Source: Clostridia bacterium
GTDB taxonomy: Bacteria; Bacillota; Clostridia; UMGS1840
DNA: 64,000 bases
NCBI GenBank assembly: GCA_045638525.1
Contig: JAZUBQ010000023.1
Span: 154,656-218,655 of the forward strand
Direction: 5' to 3'
Positions 33,784 through 47,900 of this stretch are shown piece by piece. A program made the position numbers and the translations under genes. How positions within the stretch are numbered: the first letter of the stretch is position 1; each line of letters opens with the position of its first letter. Below the pieces are notes generated by a model that was not told where the DNA came from, made no database searches, and saw only the letters and a program-made list of their open reading frames with translations.

Positions 33784-35083
33784 TATTGTTTCTTTTTTGC
33801 TTTGCCCAGGAGGCATCAATTTTTTTTGCGTAGTCTAAAATTCCGTTTTCAAATTTATTATCACACGGGGAATAATAGCGTTTGTCTTTGATTTCGTCGG
33901 GCAAATATTGTTGCGGCACATAATGGTTGGGGAAATCGTGGGGATACTGATATCCTTTTGCCCGACCAAGCTTTTCGGCACCGCCGTAATGCCCGTCCTT
34001 CAGATGGGCGGGAATATCTCCCGTGTGGGAGTGTTCCACATCGTATAATGCCGCATCAATGGCGGTAATGGCAGAGTTTGATTTTGGTGCTGTTGCCAGC
34101 AGAATCACCGCTTGTGCCAGGGGGATTCTTGCTTCGGGGAATCCCAACTGAAATGCCGCATCCACGCAGGATTTCACAATGGAAACCGCTTGGGGATAGG
34201 CAAGACCGATATCCTCTGATGCCATGACCTGAATCCGTCGGCAAATGGAGATTAAATCGCCACCGGCAATGAGTCTTGCAAGATAATGAATCGCTGCATC
34301 CGGATCGCTGCCCCGAACGGATTTTTGCAAAGCAGAGAGAACGTCATAGTGGCTGTCGCCGTCCCGGTCATAACGAAAGGCTTTTTTGGAGGTGGCACGT
34401 TCCGCATCTTCCAAAGTTACCACAATTTTCCCGTCGGCTTCCACTTTGGCAATCATACTGCACATTTCCACGGTGTTTAACGCCTTTCGGCAATCTCCGC
34501 AAGAGCATCTTGCGATATGGCTGACTGCTTCCTCGGAAAATGTGATGTCTGTGGTTTCCTGTAAGATTTTGATGGCACGGGTTATCGCCTGACGAATGTC
34601 CTCCTCGGACAATTCTTTGAATTCAAACACCGTACAACGGGACAAAAGGGCATTATAAATATAAAAATAGGGATTTTCGGTGGTGGAGGCAATTAAGGTG
34701 ATGTCGCCTTTTTCCACATATTCCAACAGGGATTGCTGTTGCTTTTTATTGAAATTCTGAATTTCGTCTAAGTATAATACCACGCCGTTTTGCCCTTGGA
34801 AACCATCTAAATCCGCAATAATTGCTTTGATATCTGCCACGGATGCATTGGTGGCATTGAGCTTATAAAGCTGTTTGTTGATGTTTTTTGCAATCAGGTT
34901 GGCAACGGTGGTTTTTCCGGTTCCTGACGGTCCGTAAAAAATCATATTGGGTAAACTCATCCCCGGCTCTTTCGCGCGTTCCAACACAGCAAAAACAGGC
35001 ATCCCCTCGGAGAGGAGATGCCTTTGACCGACTACTTCGGTAATATGCTGAGGACGTAATCTGTCTGCCAGCGGTTTACTCAT
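33740..35083 (-). CDS. rarA: Replication-associated recombination protein A (AAA+ ATPase)
   Basis: [51 protein letters not shown]. Start overlaps the glyA stop (ATGAGTAA). Confidence 0.93.
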   Translation of the reverse strand: MSKPLADRLRPQHITEVVGQRHLLSEGMPVFAVLERAKEPGMSLPNMIFYGPSGTGKTTVANLIAKNINKQLYKLNATNASVADIKAIIADLDGFQGQNGVVLYLDEIQNFNKKQQQSLLEYVEKGDITLIASTTENPYFYIYNALLSRCTVFEFKELSEEDIRQAITRAIKILQETTDITFSEEAVSHIARCSCGDCRKALNTVEMCSMIAKVEADGKIVVTLEDAERATSKKAFRYDRDGDSHYDVLSALQKSVRGSDPDAAIHYLARLIAGGDLISICRRIQVMASEDIGLAYPQAVSIVKSCVDAAFQLGFPEARIPLAQAVILLATAPKSNSAITAIDAALYDVEHSHTGDIPAHLKDGHYGGAEKLGRAKGYQYPHDFPNHYVPQQYLPDEIKDKRYYSPCDNKFENGILDYAKKIDASWAKQKRNNNGIFKTKTNQIKRI

Positions 35084-36314
35084 ACAGTTTATATTTTGCA
35101 ACCAGTTCTTTTACGCCTTGGCGTACAGTTTCTTTGTTGCCTTCAAAATCTTTTAAGGTCATAGCGATTAATTTTGCGATGACTTTCATATCTTCCACAC
35201 CCATACCTCTGGAGGTAACCGCTGCAGTACCAACACGGATGCCGCTGGTGATGAAGGGAGACTGGGGATCGTTGGGGATTGCATTTTTGTTTACAGTGAT
35301 GCCAACTTCGTCTAAGTTGTGTTCTGCATCTTTACCGGTTACGTTTAAGTTTCTTAAATCCAGTAACATTAAGTGGTTATCGGTACCGCCGGAAACCAAA
35401 TCAATGCCTTCTTCTAAGAATGCTTCGGATAATGCTTTTGCATTTTCCACAATTCGTTTCTGATATTCTTTGAATTCAGGAGTTAAGGCTTCGCCCAAAG
35501 CAACTGCTTTTCCGGCAATTACGTGCATCAAAGGACCACCCTGTAAACCGGGGAATACCGCTTTGTCAATCGCTTTTGCGTATTCTTCCTTACACATAAT
35601 CATACCGCCACGGGGTCCTCTTAAGGTTTTGTGAGTGGTGGTGGTAACAAAGTCAGCATAGGGAACCGGACTGGGATGAATTCCTGCTGCAACCAGACCT
35701 GCGATGTGAGCGATGTCAACCATTAAGTATGCACCCACTTCGTCTGCGATTTCTTTGAATTTGGGGAAATCAATCACTCTGGGATATGCAGATGCACCGC
35801 ACACAATCATTTTGGGTTTGTGTTCCAATGCCAATTCTCTTACTTTATCATAGTTGATGGTGTGAGTATCATCATCAACACCGTAAGAAACGATGTTAAA
35901 ATATTTACCGGAAATATTAACCGGGCTACCATGGCTTAAGTGGCCGCCGTGTGCTAAGCTCATACCTAAAATGGTATCACCGGGCTCTAACATTGCAAAA
36001 TACACCGCAGTGTTTGCATTTGCACCGGAATGAGGCTGCACATTGGCATGGTCACAACCAAAAATTTCTTTTGCACGGTCTCTTGCAATATCTTCTACGA
36101 TATCCACACATTCGCAACCGCCATAGTAACGTTTGCCGGGATATCCTTCTGCATATTTATTGGTTAACGGAGAGCCAACTGCTTCCAAAACTGCGGGAGA
36201 AACGAAGTTTTCGGATGCAATCAGTTCGATTTTACTGCGCTGTCTGGATGCTTCCAGTTCAATCGCTTCTGCAACTTTCGGGTCAGTTTGTTTAAGAATT
36301 TTTGTAAAGTCCAT
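35076..36314 (-). CDS. glyA: Serine hydroxymethyltransferase
   Basis: [50 protein letters not shown]. Confidence 0.97.
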   Translation of the reverse strand: MDFTKILKQTDPKVAEAIELEASRQRSKIELIASENFVSPAVLEAVGSPLTNKYAEGYPGKRYYGGCECVDIVEDIARDRAKEIFGCDHANVQPHSGANANTAVYFAMLEPGDTILGMSLAHGGHLSHGSPVNISGKYFNIVSYGVDDDTHTINYDKVRELALEHKPKMIVCGASAYPRVIDFPKFKEIADEVGAYLMVDIAHIAGLVAAGIHPSPVPYADFVTTTTHKTLRGPRGGMIMCKEEYAKAIDKAVFPGLQGGPLMHVIAGKAVALGEALTPEFKEYQKRIVENAKALSEAFLEEGIDLVSGGTDNHLMLLDLRNLNVTGKDAEHNLDEVGITVNKNAIPNDPQSPFITSGIRVGTAAVTSRGMGVEDMKVIAKLIAMTLKDFEGNKETVRQGVKELVAKYKLYE

Positions 36315-36389
36315 TGTTGTTACCCTTTCTTACTCTATCTTAATGAATTTTTATTCAAAAATATTGTGAAACAAATCCTTCACAAGCAT

Positions 36390-36418
36390 ATTATACAATA
36401 CAAATGTTTTTTTTACAA
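36390..36418 (-). promoter_or_regulatory. SigA promoter of glyA-rarA
   Basis: Minus strand TTGTAA-17 nt-TATAAT. Confidence 0.6.
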
Positions 36419-36560
36419 GTCTTTTTGAGAAATTTATTGTCAAATTTCTTCAATATAACAAAAATAACGAAAATAAAAAAAGGGCATCGCCGTTTGGTTC
36501 GGAAGATTTCCGACTTCAAGGGATGCCCGATTTTTATGAATTTATGGGAATCACAGGGGA

Positions 36561-38195
<1,635 letters not shown>

Positions 38196-38264
38196 CTACT
38201 CCTTTATTTCTATTAAGCAATTGTGGAAAAGGACTTTCTGTTTCAGTCCGAATATTAAAAAAAA

Positions 38265-38600
<336 letters not shown>

Positions 38601-38627
38601 TTAGCACTCTTGTTTGTTGAGTGCTAA
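38601..38627. promoter_or_regulatory. CIRCE element (HrcA operator)
   Basis: TTAGCACTC-N9-GAGTGCTAA, a perfect consensus match upstream of groES. Confidence 0.95.
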
Positions 38628-38957
38628 TTCATTATAGTGCAAGAGCGTCGAGATAGCAATTTGGTTTATTCTTGTTTATTTTAAAATACAAAACGATTTC
38701 TTTTGTTTTCTTTGAAAATCTAATGATTTCTCCATTTTGGTATTTTTTAGAAAAAACCTTGCTGTTGCTGTTTTTCAGACAATTTTCTGCACAATTTTAA
38801 GAAAAAAGAAAAATGTATAAATTTACAGAATATACAATTTTTATATAATATTTTCACATTCTCCTTGACTTATCACCAAACTTATACTATAATAGGAGAC
38901 AATATTGTGATTCTTTGCGGAAATTCCTCAAAGAACTGAAAAAAGGAGACGTGAAAT

Positions 38958-40451
38958 ATGGAAGTTTTAGCATTTGTCCTGTATTTCATTGCTATGATGG
39001 GAATCGGCATATGGTTCTTTATCAAAAGCAAAAGCAACAGTGAAAAGGATTATTTTTTAGGCGGCCGTCAGATGGGTCCCTGGGTTACTGCAATGAGTGC
39101 GCAGGCATCCGATATGAGTGCATGGCTGTTAATGGGTCTGCCCGGCAGCATTCTGGCATTTGGTCTGGGTCAGGCTTGGATTGGTATCGGTCTTGCAATC
39201 GGTACTGCATTGAACTGGATTATCGTGGCAAAAAGACTGCGTAAATTTTCCGAAGCATCCGGTGATGCTATCACCGTACCGCAGTACTTAACCAACCGTT
39301 TTATGGCAAAAAGCTCCGCATTAAAAATCGTTTGTGCGATTGTATTTCTGGTGAGCTTCACTATCTATGTGGCATCTGCGTTCTCTGCAGGGACTACTGT
39401 GTTCACCACTTTATTCCCCGGTTTGAATCCCACGTTGGCAATGGTAATTTTTGCCGCAATTATTTTGGTTTATACTTTCTTAGGTGGATTTAAAGCAGTT
39501 TGTTGGACTGACTTCTTCCAGGGGATTCTGATGTTGGTTGCACTGCTTGCAGTTCCGATTATTGTTGTATGTACCAAAACTTTAGATACTGCGGCTTTAA
39601 GCATTCCCTATTCCTATGTGGAAGGTGGTAACACCGTAGAATGTACCTTTGTTCCTACCTTATTTGCAGCAAGCTGGAAAGAAATCGTTTCCGGTCTGGC
39701 TTGGGGTCTTGGATACTTCGGTATGCCTCATATTATCGTTAGATTTATGTCTATTGAAAAACCTTCTATGGTGAAAAAATCTGCAACCGTTGCAATCATC
39801 TGGGTTGTGGTTACCTTATTTGCGGCAGTTCTGATTGCATATTTCGGAAGAATGTTGCTGGCAGAACAGCTTTTGACCACCGGTTCTCAGAAACTGGTAT
39901 TCATTGAACTGGCAAGATGGCTTTTCCCCGGATTTATCGCTGGGATTCTTTTGGCGGCAATTATTGCAGCTTCTATGTCTACTGCAGACTCTCAGCTGTT
40001 GGTTGCGTCCTCTTCCTTCACCTCAGATATCTACAAACCCTTAATCCGTAAAGATGCTTCTGAAAAAGAACTTCTGTGGGTTGGAAGAATCGTGGTTATG
40101 ATTGTTGCTGTTATTGCATTCTTTATTGCAAATGACGGCGGTGCAGGCGCACAGGCGATTATGAACATGGTAGAAAACGCATGGGGATTGTTTGGTGCAG
40201 CATTTGGACCGGTTATCTTACTGTCTCTGTTCTGGAAACGTTTCACTTATAACGGTGCTGTAGCAGGTATCGTTGTGGGTGCTATCGTGGACTTAGGATG
40301 GTTAATCTGGTTAAGCGGTACCGGAATTTATGAAATTCTGCCCGGATTTATCGCTTGCTTTATCGTTTCTGTGGTAGTATCTTTATGCGACAAAGCACCT
40401 TCCAAAGAAGTGCTTGCAATTTTTGATGCAGCAACCAAAAACGATAACTAA
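38958..40451 (+). CDS. putP: Sodium/proline-type symporter (SSS family)
   Basis: DYFLGGR, AMSAQASDMSAWLLMGLPG, GGFKAVCWTD, LGYFGMPHIIVRFM, ASMSTADSQLL; many TM helices. Confidence 0.85.
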   Translation: MEVLAFVLYFIAMMGIGIWFFIKSKSNSEKDYFLGGRQMGPWVTAMSAQASDMSAWLLMGLPGSILAFGLGQAWIGIGLAIGTALNWIIVAKRLRKFSEASGDAITVPQYLTNRFMAKSSALKIVCAIVFLVSFTIYVASAFSAGTTVFTTLFPGLNPTLAMVIFAAIILVYTFLGGFKAVCWTDFFQGILMLVALLAVPIIVVCTKTLDTAALSIPYSYVEGGNTVECTFVPTLFAASWKEIVSGLAWGLGYFGMPHIIVRFMSIEKPSMVKKSATVAIIWVVVTLFAAVLIAYFGRMLLAEQLLTTGSQKLVFIELARWLFPGFIAGILLAAIIAASMSTADSQLLVASSSFTSDIYKPLIRKDASEKELLWVGRIVVMIVAVIAFFIANDGGAGAQAIMNMVENAWGLFGAAFGPVILLSLFWKRFTYNGAVAGIVVGAIVDLGWLIWLSGTGIYEILPGFIACFIVSVVVSLCDKAPSKEVLAIFDAATKNDN

Positions 40452-40463
40452 TCTATTACAAAT

Positions 40464-40502
40464 AAAGAGCGGGAAAATGAACTTCATTTTCCCGCTCTTT
40501 TT
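40464..40502. terminator. Bidirectional terminator between putP and recD2
   Basis: AAAGAGCGGGAAAATG/CATTTTCCCGCTCTTT inverted repeat. Confidence 0.8.
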
Positions 40503-40519
40503 GTATGTATTTATGAGGT

Positions 40520-42718
40520 TTAAAAGGGAGCATCTTCGGAATCTTTCAAAAAATCTGCAAGATTGGTATAGCGTTTTTGCTCGGTATTATTGTGAATCAT
40601 TTCAGACACACAGGATTTTCTTCCAACAATACACACAAAGGATTTTGCACGGGTAACCGCAGTATACAACAGATTTTGGGTCATTAGTTGCGGATATCCG
40701 TACACCAGAGGAATCACCACGGCATCAAATTCGCTTCCCTGACTTTTATGCACCGTCACCGCATAGGCAAGTTCCAGATTTTCCAATTTTAAAAATTCGT
40801 ATTTCACGATTTTTTCATCGTCAAATAAAATGGTCATTTCTTTATTTTCCAAATCAATTTCGGTGATGACACCCATATCGCCGTTATAAATGCCTTCACC
40901 GGCGATTCCGGATTTTGTTTCCCACATAATTTCGTAGTCGTTTTTGGTTTGCATCACACGGTCAAATTTGGAAAAAGTATAGCCGTTGGCAGTTTTATAA
41001 GGTTGACCTTTACGCACAGGATTTAAGGTTTGTTTTAATGCGTTATTTAAGGCGACCGACCCCAGGACGCTCTTTCGCATCGGGGTTAGCACCTGGATTT
41101 TATCAGGTGGGATGTTTAAAAAATTGGGCAAACGATTTTCCACCAGATCGCAAACAGCAGAAACCGCAGTCTCACCGTTTGGAGACGACACGAAGAAAAA
41201 GTCGCTGTTTTCCTCATTATAAAGAGGTTCTTTGAAATTTAAAATCCGATGGGCATTGTCTACAATTCTTGAGGTTTCATTCTGACGGAAAATCTGATGG
41301 AAATTCACTCGTTTTACCTGATTGGAAGCGATGATATCCTTTAACACGTTTCCGGCACCTACAGGCGGAAGTTGGTCGCAGTCGCCTACCAGAATTAGAC
41401 GGGTTTTTTCTTTCAATGCCCGAAGCAACGATTCAAACAGCAAGGAATCGGTCATCGACATTTCATCCACAATCAGAACATCACACAAAATAGGATTCTG
41501 TTCGTTTCGTAGGAATTCAGGACGTTCTCCTTTGGTATATTTTAGTTCCAGAAGACGGTGAATGGTTTTGGCGTTTTTGCCTGTTAATTCGGAAATTCGT
41601 TTGGCGGCACGCCCGGTAGGAGCTGCTAAAATCACCCTTTTGGATAAACTGTCGAAGGCAGTAATCAGACTTTTGATGACGGTGGTTTTCCCGGTTCCGG
41701 GGCCACCGGTGATAATCAGCACTTTTTCTTGTAACGCCGCTTCGATGGCATCAATTTGTCCGGCAGAAAGAGGGATATCCGTCAACTGTTCTGCCTTGAT
41801 TTTTTTGGACCAGTTTTCGCATTTTGCGGATGCAATCGCCATCAGACGGGAGGCGATATAACTTTCTGCCAGATAAAAATGGGGGAGAGAATAATAAAAA
41901 GACTCCCCCTTTTTACAACTGACCAGTTTGCCTTCCTTTAAAAGAAGCATCAGAGCGTTTTCTCCATCAGTTTGCGAAATACAAAGCAATTTGCACGCTT
42001 CGGACAAAAGTACTTCTTTGGGATAGCAAGTGTGACCGTTGAGGGCTTCCCGATACAGAACATAGGTGATACCTGCCTTCAGCCGTTCCATAGCATTTTT
42101 CGGGATTCCCATTTCTTCTGCAATTTTATCCACGGTCAGAAAGCCGATTTTTTCCACTTTTTCGCAAATAATATACGGGTTTTCGTTGCAAAGTTTAATG
42201 GCACCGCTTCCCAATGTGTTATATACTTTCACAGCCACAGAAGGGGAAATGCCGTATTTTACAAAATAGGAAACCACATTCTGGATTTCGATTTTTTTCA
42301 TATAATCTTTGTGGATGTCCATTGCCTTCATCAAAGAAATGCCGGAAATTTCAGATAAACGTTCCGGATATTTTTCAATGATGGTAAGCGTTTCTTCCGA
42401 AAATTTATCCACAATTTTTTTTGCTGTGGCATTGCCCACGCCACGAATAAAACCACTGGCTAAAAATTTATAAATTGATGTGGTATCATTATCAAAATGA
42501 GGTTCGTAGTATTCACATTGAAATTGTTCGCCGAATTTGGGATGCTCCACCCATTTTCCATAGGCACAGATTCTTTCTCCCTCGGCAATCATCGGCAGAT
42601 TTCCTGCCACATTTACATATTCACCGGAGATGTCAAGCGCAATCACACCGTAGCCGTTTTCATCATTATAGTAGATTACTTCTTCCACAATTCCGATCAG
42701 TCGTTCCATTGCGTCCAT
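40520..42718 (-). CDS. recD2: ATP-dependent RecD2-like helicase
   Basis: N-terminal OB region (HPKFGEQF), TGGPGTGKTT, APTGRAAKR, TIHRLL, DEMSM, GDCDQLPPVG, AYAVTVHKSQGSE. Confidence 0.93.
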   Translation of the reverse strand: MDAMERLIGIVEEVIYYNDENGYGVIALDISGEYVNVAGNLPMIAEGERICAYGKWVEHPKFGEQFQCEYYEPHFDNDTTSIYKFLASGFIRGVGNATAKKIVDKFSEETLTIIEKYPERLSEISGISLMKAMDIHKDYMKKIEIQNVVSYFVKYGISPSVAVKVYNTLGSGAIKLCNENPYIICEKVEKIGFLTVDKIAEEMGIPKNAMERLKAGITYVLYREALNGHTCYPKEVLLSEACKLLCISQTDGENALMLLLKEGKLVSCKKGESFYYSLPHFYLAESYIASRLMAIASAKCENWSKKIKAEQLTDIPLSAGQIDAIEAALQEKVLIITGGPGTGKTTVIKSLITAFDSLSKRVILAAPTGRAAKRISELTGKNAKTIHRLLELKYTKGERPEFLRNEQNPILCDVLIVDEMSMTDSLLFESLLRALKEKTRLILVGDCDQLPPVGAGNVLKDIIASNQVKRVNFHQIFRQNETSRIVDNAHRILNFKEPLYNEENSDFFFVSSPNGETAVSAVCDLVENRLPNFLNIPPDKIQVLTPMRKSVLGSVALNNALKQTLNPVRKGQPYKTANGYTFSKFDRVMQTKNDYEIMWETKSGIAGEGIYNGDMGVITEIDLENKEMTILFDDEKIVKYEFLKLENLELAYAVTVHKSQGSEFDAVVIPLVYGYPQLMTQNLLYTAVTRAKSFVCIVGRKSCVSEMIHNNTEQKRYTNLADFLKDSEDAPF

Positions 42719-42893
42719 CTTTGACATCCCCTTTCTTTTTGGTAATATGTGTTTTATTATACACCTTTTTTGTGAAAATGTCAAGATTTAATACGAATGT
42801 TTGTTCGTGTTTCAGGCACTAAAAAAGCACTTGCAAACACAAGTGCTTTTTTAGCGTCGTTCCTTCTCGGAGGTGAACTATCGATACAGCTTA

Positions 42894-44969
42894 TTATTTT
42901 GTTGCTAAATCGTATTCACACAAAGGAATCATTTTGGTGAAATCGGACCACACAAATGCTTTGATACTCATTGTTCCTTCCGGGATTTTAATGGAATGTT
43001 TATCTACTGTTGCCGCAGGTTTCACATCTTTTGCTTCACTCACAGAAAAACCGATGCTGCTGTCATTTTCGCCATAGAAGATCAAGCCTAACTGATAGGT
43101 TAAGTTTTCAACATCAGCATAGTTATTGAGTTTCACTTCGCAGGAAACATTCACTTCATCATACTGATAAATATTCACTGCAGTATCAACCCAGGAATAA
43201 TCCACTTCTGCCAAGGTAATCGTGTCGGTGATCACCTGACCATTTTGCATCATTCGTAATTCATAGTCCTCCATATTGCCTTTGAAGGAGAAATCAAAGG
43301 AGTAGTTTCCGTTGCTATCCAATTTGCTCTGTGCAACATAGCCAATTTCATTGTTAGTGGGTTTTTCGACACCTTTTTTCACAAGAAGCAGAGTAACAAT
43401 GTCAGTTTTTGAAGCATCTTTCACTTGACCTTTTACCAACACCTTGCCGGTAAGATTATCTGTGATTTTAACTTCTTTGTTGTTTACTTCCGGCTGAGTT
43501 CTCAGATCCAGAACACGTTGGGGCACATAGAATCTTCCTTTGGAATAAACGGCTACTTCACCATCTAAATCCACGTTTTTTCCGTTCAGTGTTGCAACCG
43601 CCTGGTTTGCTTTGATGCTTAACTCGGTGTTATCAAAGGAATATTTATCAAAGGTAAATGTGCTTGTATCGGAATCGTACTCACCAAGGTCGGTTACATC
43701 CACAAACAATTTTTCGGATGCTTCTTCTAAGTCAAGACCCAACAATTCACAAAGATAAGGTGCGATCTGATAGTTTTCAATCACATAAGCATCTGCTCTT
43801 TTATCTGCGGTGTCGCCGGGGATGGCTGACAATCCTTCTAAAATATCAACACCTTCGGGGCCGTAAAACCAAACGCCGCAGTTTCTTCCGGTATGTCCAC
43901 TACTTGACCAGCTAATACCTTTTGTACTGTTTTTCCCTGCCTGTGTTTCTGCAATTGCATCAGCGTATCCTTTCCAGTTTACGCTACCGTAAACAGCATC
44001 CGCATTGGGAAGATTCAATCCGCCGGTATCGTGGTCGGGTGCTACAATAACAACGGTGTCGTTTCTGCCTTTTGCATATTCCACTGCTACCTGGAATGCA
44101 GCGTCGAAGGAGAGATATTCGCTGACTGCCTGAACAACATCGTTGTTGTGTCCGCCGCCATCGATTGCACTACCTTCTACCATCAGGAAGAAGCCGTCTT
44201 TATCGCCTTCCAAAGCACGGATTGCAGCATCGGTCATTTCTGCTAAAGTGGGCTGAGTGGCAGACAAATTGATATCAGAGGGGAATGCAACAGAAGATAA
44301 GTTCCCCCACACTCTGGTGCCGGGCTGAACATTTTCCAGCTGTTTTTTGGTGTTTACCACGGTGTAGCCTCTGTTCACAGCTTCATCAATGGTACCCCAT
44401 TTTGCAGCGCCAAAGCCTACGCCTAACACAACATCAATGCCCTGATTCACAATCTGTTCGGACATAATTTTATAATTGGTTCTGGAGATGTTATGTGCTG
44501 AAAAGGCTGCCGGAGTTGCGTTGGTCCATTCGTAGGTGGTACACATACCAACTCGTTTGCCTGCCAACTGAGCAGCTTCTAAAATGTTTGCGTGGGGAAC
44601 GCCATTTACGTCAACACCAACATATGTGTTGTTGGTTCTGTATCCTGAGGATAACGCAGTTCCTGATGCAGCAGAGTCTGTAATAGAGGAACTGGCAGAA
44701 CGGGTTCTTTCGGTTCCCACCAGATAATCCTTCATCGCCATGGGACCTTTGGTAACCTTGGTGGAGTTGGGATATAACCCTTCGTTAAAACCGCCTTGTT
44801 CTTTCACCCCGTTTGCAAAATCGAACAGAGCAAAACCACCGCCGTCGGGAATCATATAGATAACATTTTTAATAACGGGTTTTTCCGCTGCCATAACCCC
44901 TAAGGGCAATACAGCAAATGAGGAAATGATTACCGTTATTGCAATCAATAAGCTTATAATTTTTTTCAT
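42894..44969 (-). CDS. Secreted alkaline phosphatase with C-terminal accessory domains
   Basis: Signal peptide, MIPDG, TDSAASGTALSSG (catalytic Ser), ATPAAFSAH, LMVEG..IDGGGH, DHDTGG, GHTG. About 270 aa of extra C-terminal sequence. Confidence 0.88.
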   Translation of the reverse strand: MKKIISLLIAITVIISSFAVLPLGVMAAEKPVIKNVIYMIPDGGGFALFDFANGVKEQGGFNEGLYPNSTKVTKGPMAMKDYLVGTERTRSASSSITDSAASGTALSSGYRTNNTYVGVDVNGVPHANILEAAQLAGKRVGMCTTYEWTNATPAAFSAHNISRTNYKIMSEQIVNQGIDVVLGVGFGAAKWGTIDEAVNRGYTVVNTKKQLENVQPGTRVWGNLSSVAFPSDINLSATQPTLAEMTDAAIRALEGDKDGFFLMVEGSAIDGGGHNNDVVQAVSEYLSFDAAFQVAVEYAKGRNDTVVIVAPDHDTGGLNLPNADAVYGSVNWKGYADAIAETQAGKNSTKGISWSSSGHTGRNCGVWFYGPEGVDILEGLSAIPGDTADKRADAYVIENYQIAPYLCELLGLDLEEASEKLFVDVTDLGEYDSDTSTFTFDKYSFDNTELSIKANQAVATLNGKNVDLDGEVAVYSKGRFYVPQRVLDLRTQPEVNNKEVKITDNLTGKVLVKGQVKDASKTDIVTLLLVKKGVEKPTNNEIGYVAQSKLDSNGNYSFDFSFKGNMEDYELRMMQNGQVITDTITLAEVDYSWVDTAVNIYQYDEVNVSCEVKLNNYADVENLTYQLGLIFYGENDSSIGFSVSEAKDVKPAATVDKHSIKIPEGTMSIKAFVWSDFTKMIPLCEYDLATK

Positions 44970-44999
44970 ATTAAAACCTACTTTCGTATCCCTTCCTGA

Positions 45000-47900
45000 T
45001 TAAAATTCACAAACAAATACATCGCTTAAAGCAAACATATCGATGATGTTGTTCCACACATAGATGTACATTTGGGACCAATCGGTGATGGTGGAAAACT
45101 CGGGGATTTCGTTCAAGGAAATCACCTGGTTGTTTGCAGTTGAGGTAACATCAGCCACATAGATTTCATCCATATCATTGGATTCTGAATATTTTGCAAC
45201 TAACACAACAAAACTTTGCGGTTTTGCCACGGTAATGTTCGGAATCTGAGCATTCATTCCGAAGTTAATAGCACTTACTTCAGAAACAGTAACTGAGAAT
45301 TGGGGCATCATGAACGCATAATTATCGCCGGTTACTGTCATCTCGGTATCCGCTTTTAAGCCCATATCACCGGAATAGGTGAAGTTAATGTCTGCGCCTA
45401 CTTCTGCAAAATATTTGTTAACTACTTGTGTTGCGGTTGAGGAAGAGGGTAACACCTTCACATTTTTACTTTCTGAAATGGTTGCCTGTGCGGGCAGGAA
45501 AATTTCATAGGTATATGCGAAATCGTAAATCACCACATCGTCAAGCTCGAAAATAACATCTGCTACATTTGCGTTGCTGTCTTCCTGGCTGCTTGTGATT
45601 TTGAAGTTATAAGAAGTATCTTTCGCAGTGAATACGCCTGAACGGGTGGTCCATTCCGTTGTCAGTTCAGGTCTTGCCACATCGTTGTGTGCGGTGTGGT
45701 TCTTATTGTAGGAATATACCGCACCGTCGTAGGTTTTGCTTTCCACCAGTCTGATTTTGTAGGAATAGTAGTAGGATTGTCCTTCTGTTAACACATTGCT
45801 GTAAGTAACATAGGAAATCTTTCCGGCGCTGATATTGGTTCCGTCATATCGTAATACCTGGTTTGCGGGGTTCTGAGAGTCTTGTACCAAGGATACCACA
45901 GCACCTGTAACGGAGCTGGAAGCCTTCCATTTGTTTACATCACCTTCCATATCGCCGTTTGCAATCAGGTTGGTGAATGCCGGTTCGGTCACAGTAATGG
46001 TAATGCTTTCGTCAGGCATAACGAAGGTATACACATCGCCATTTTTTGCCAGAGCCACATCGAGACTGCTTAAGCTCTGCTCACCATTCGACTTGATTTT
46101 GATTTCCTGATCCTGGGTAGCATAGCATTTATTGATGGTGCTTAAGTCGCTTTGGGTAAAGGGTAACATTTGTCCGCCATCGATAAGTTGGGCACCTTCC
46201 GGCAGAACAATCTCATTCATGTATTCCACTTCGTAGATTACCACATCATCGATTTCGTAAATAACATCAATCACATTGTCGTTGCTGTTTTTGATATCTT
46301 TTGTTATTTTAAAGTCATAAGTTGTCTGTTTTGCTTCTGAAATAAAACCGGAACGGGTTGACCACTCGGTTGTCAGTTTCGGTCTTGCAAGTTCAGTTGT
46401 GCCGGTATGATTTCTGTTGTATGCATAAACATCACCGTCGTATGTTTTGCTTTCCACCAGTCTGATTTTGTAGGAATAGTAGTAGGATTTTCCTTTTGTT
46501 AATACATCGGAATAAGAAACAAAAGAAGTTGAGGCTTTTGTAACATTGGTTCCGTCATATCTCATTACATGGTTGTCCGGATCCTTTGAATCTTGCACCA
46601 ATGATACAACAGCACCTTCGGTTGAACTGGAAGCTTTCCAGTTGTTTACATCGCCTTCCATATCACCGTTTAAGATGAGGTTTTCAAAAGGAGGCTTTGC
46701 TAAGGTTACGGTGGTAGCTGCGCTGGGCATGGTGAAGGAATAGATATCACCAACCTTTGTTACCTTGGTGTCTAAAACGCTTAAACGTTTTTCAGCCTTG
46801 TATTCGATTTTGATGGTTTCGCCTGCCTCGGCATAGTATTTGGTAGTGGTACTCAAATCACTTTTGGTATACTCTAACGCTTTTGCGCCTTCTGTTAATC
46901 TGACATTGTCCGGCAATGTCAGTTCATATACGTCGGATAAACTGTAAATAACCACATCGTCGATTTCGTAAATAACATCAGTTACATTTTGGTTACTGTC
47001 TTTGATATCTTTTGTTACTTTAAAGTCATAGGTGGTCTGTTTTGCTTTGGAAATAATGCCGGAACGGGTTGTCCATTCGGTTGTCAGTTTCGGTCTGTCA
47101 AGTTCAGTTTTTTCGGTGTGGTTTCTGTTGTATGCATAAACATCGCCTTTGTATGTTTTGCTTTCCACCAATCTGATTTTGTAAGAGAAGTAGTAGGGGG
47201 TATCCACAGAGGTTGTTAACACATCAGCATAAGACATAAACGAAGTCGTGCCTTTTGTGATATTGGTTCCGTCATATCGTAACACATGGTTTGTGGGATC
47301 CCTGGAATCCTGCACCAATGATACAACAGCACCTTCGGTTGAGCTGGATGCCTTCCAGGCGAGTCCTTCTCCTTCCATATCACCGTTTAAAATGAGGTTT
47401 TCAAAGGTTTTGAATCCAGCCACTTCAACAGTCATATCAGCGTTCGGCATAGTGAATCTGTAGGAAGCGCTGTCTTTTGCGATGGTAGCCTGGTCGGATA
47501 CCAGTTTCACGCCGGTTGTGGTACAGGTTACTGTAACGGTATCACCGGATTTTGCATAGATAACACCATTGACTGTGGAAACTCCGCTTGCAGCAGATAC
47601 ACCGCTGGGAAGGGTCACTTTATGATAACCTTCCATATCGTATAACATGAAATCATCAATTTCATACACCGCTGTGGGATAGTTGATGTTTTCACCGGAT
47701 GAAGCAGTTGCTTTGGTGGTTGCTTTAAATCCGATGTTGGCAGTATCGCCGGAAGTGGTTACAACCCCGGAAATAATGCTCCAGCCGTCTTTGGTAACCT
47801 GCGGTCTTGTGGAAGAGTAATAATTCTTTCCGATTTTTCCCAAGGAAGCCGCATAAATGAACATATCCCCGGTGTTGGATTCCACATCAGCCATTCTGAC

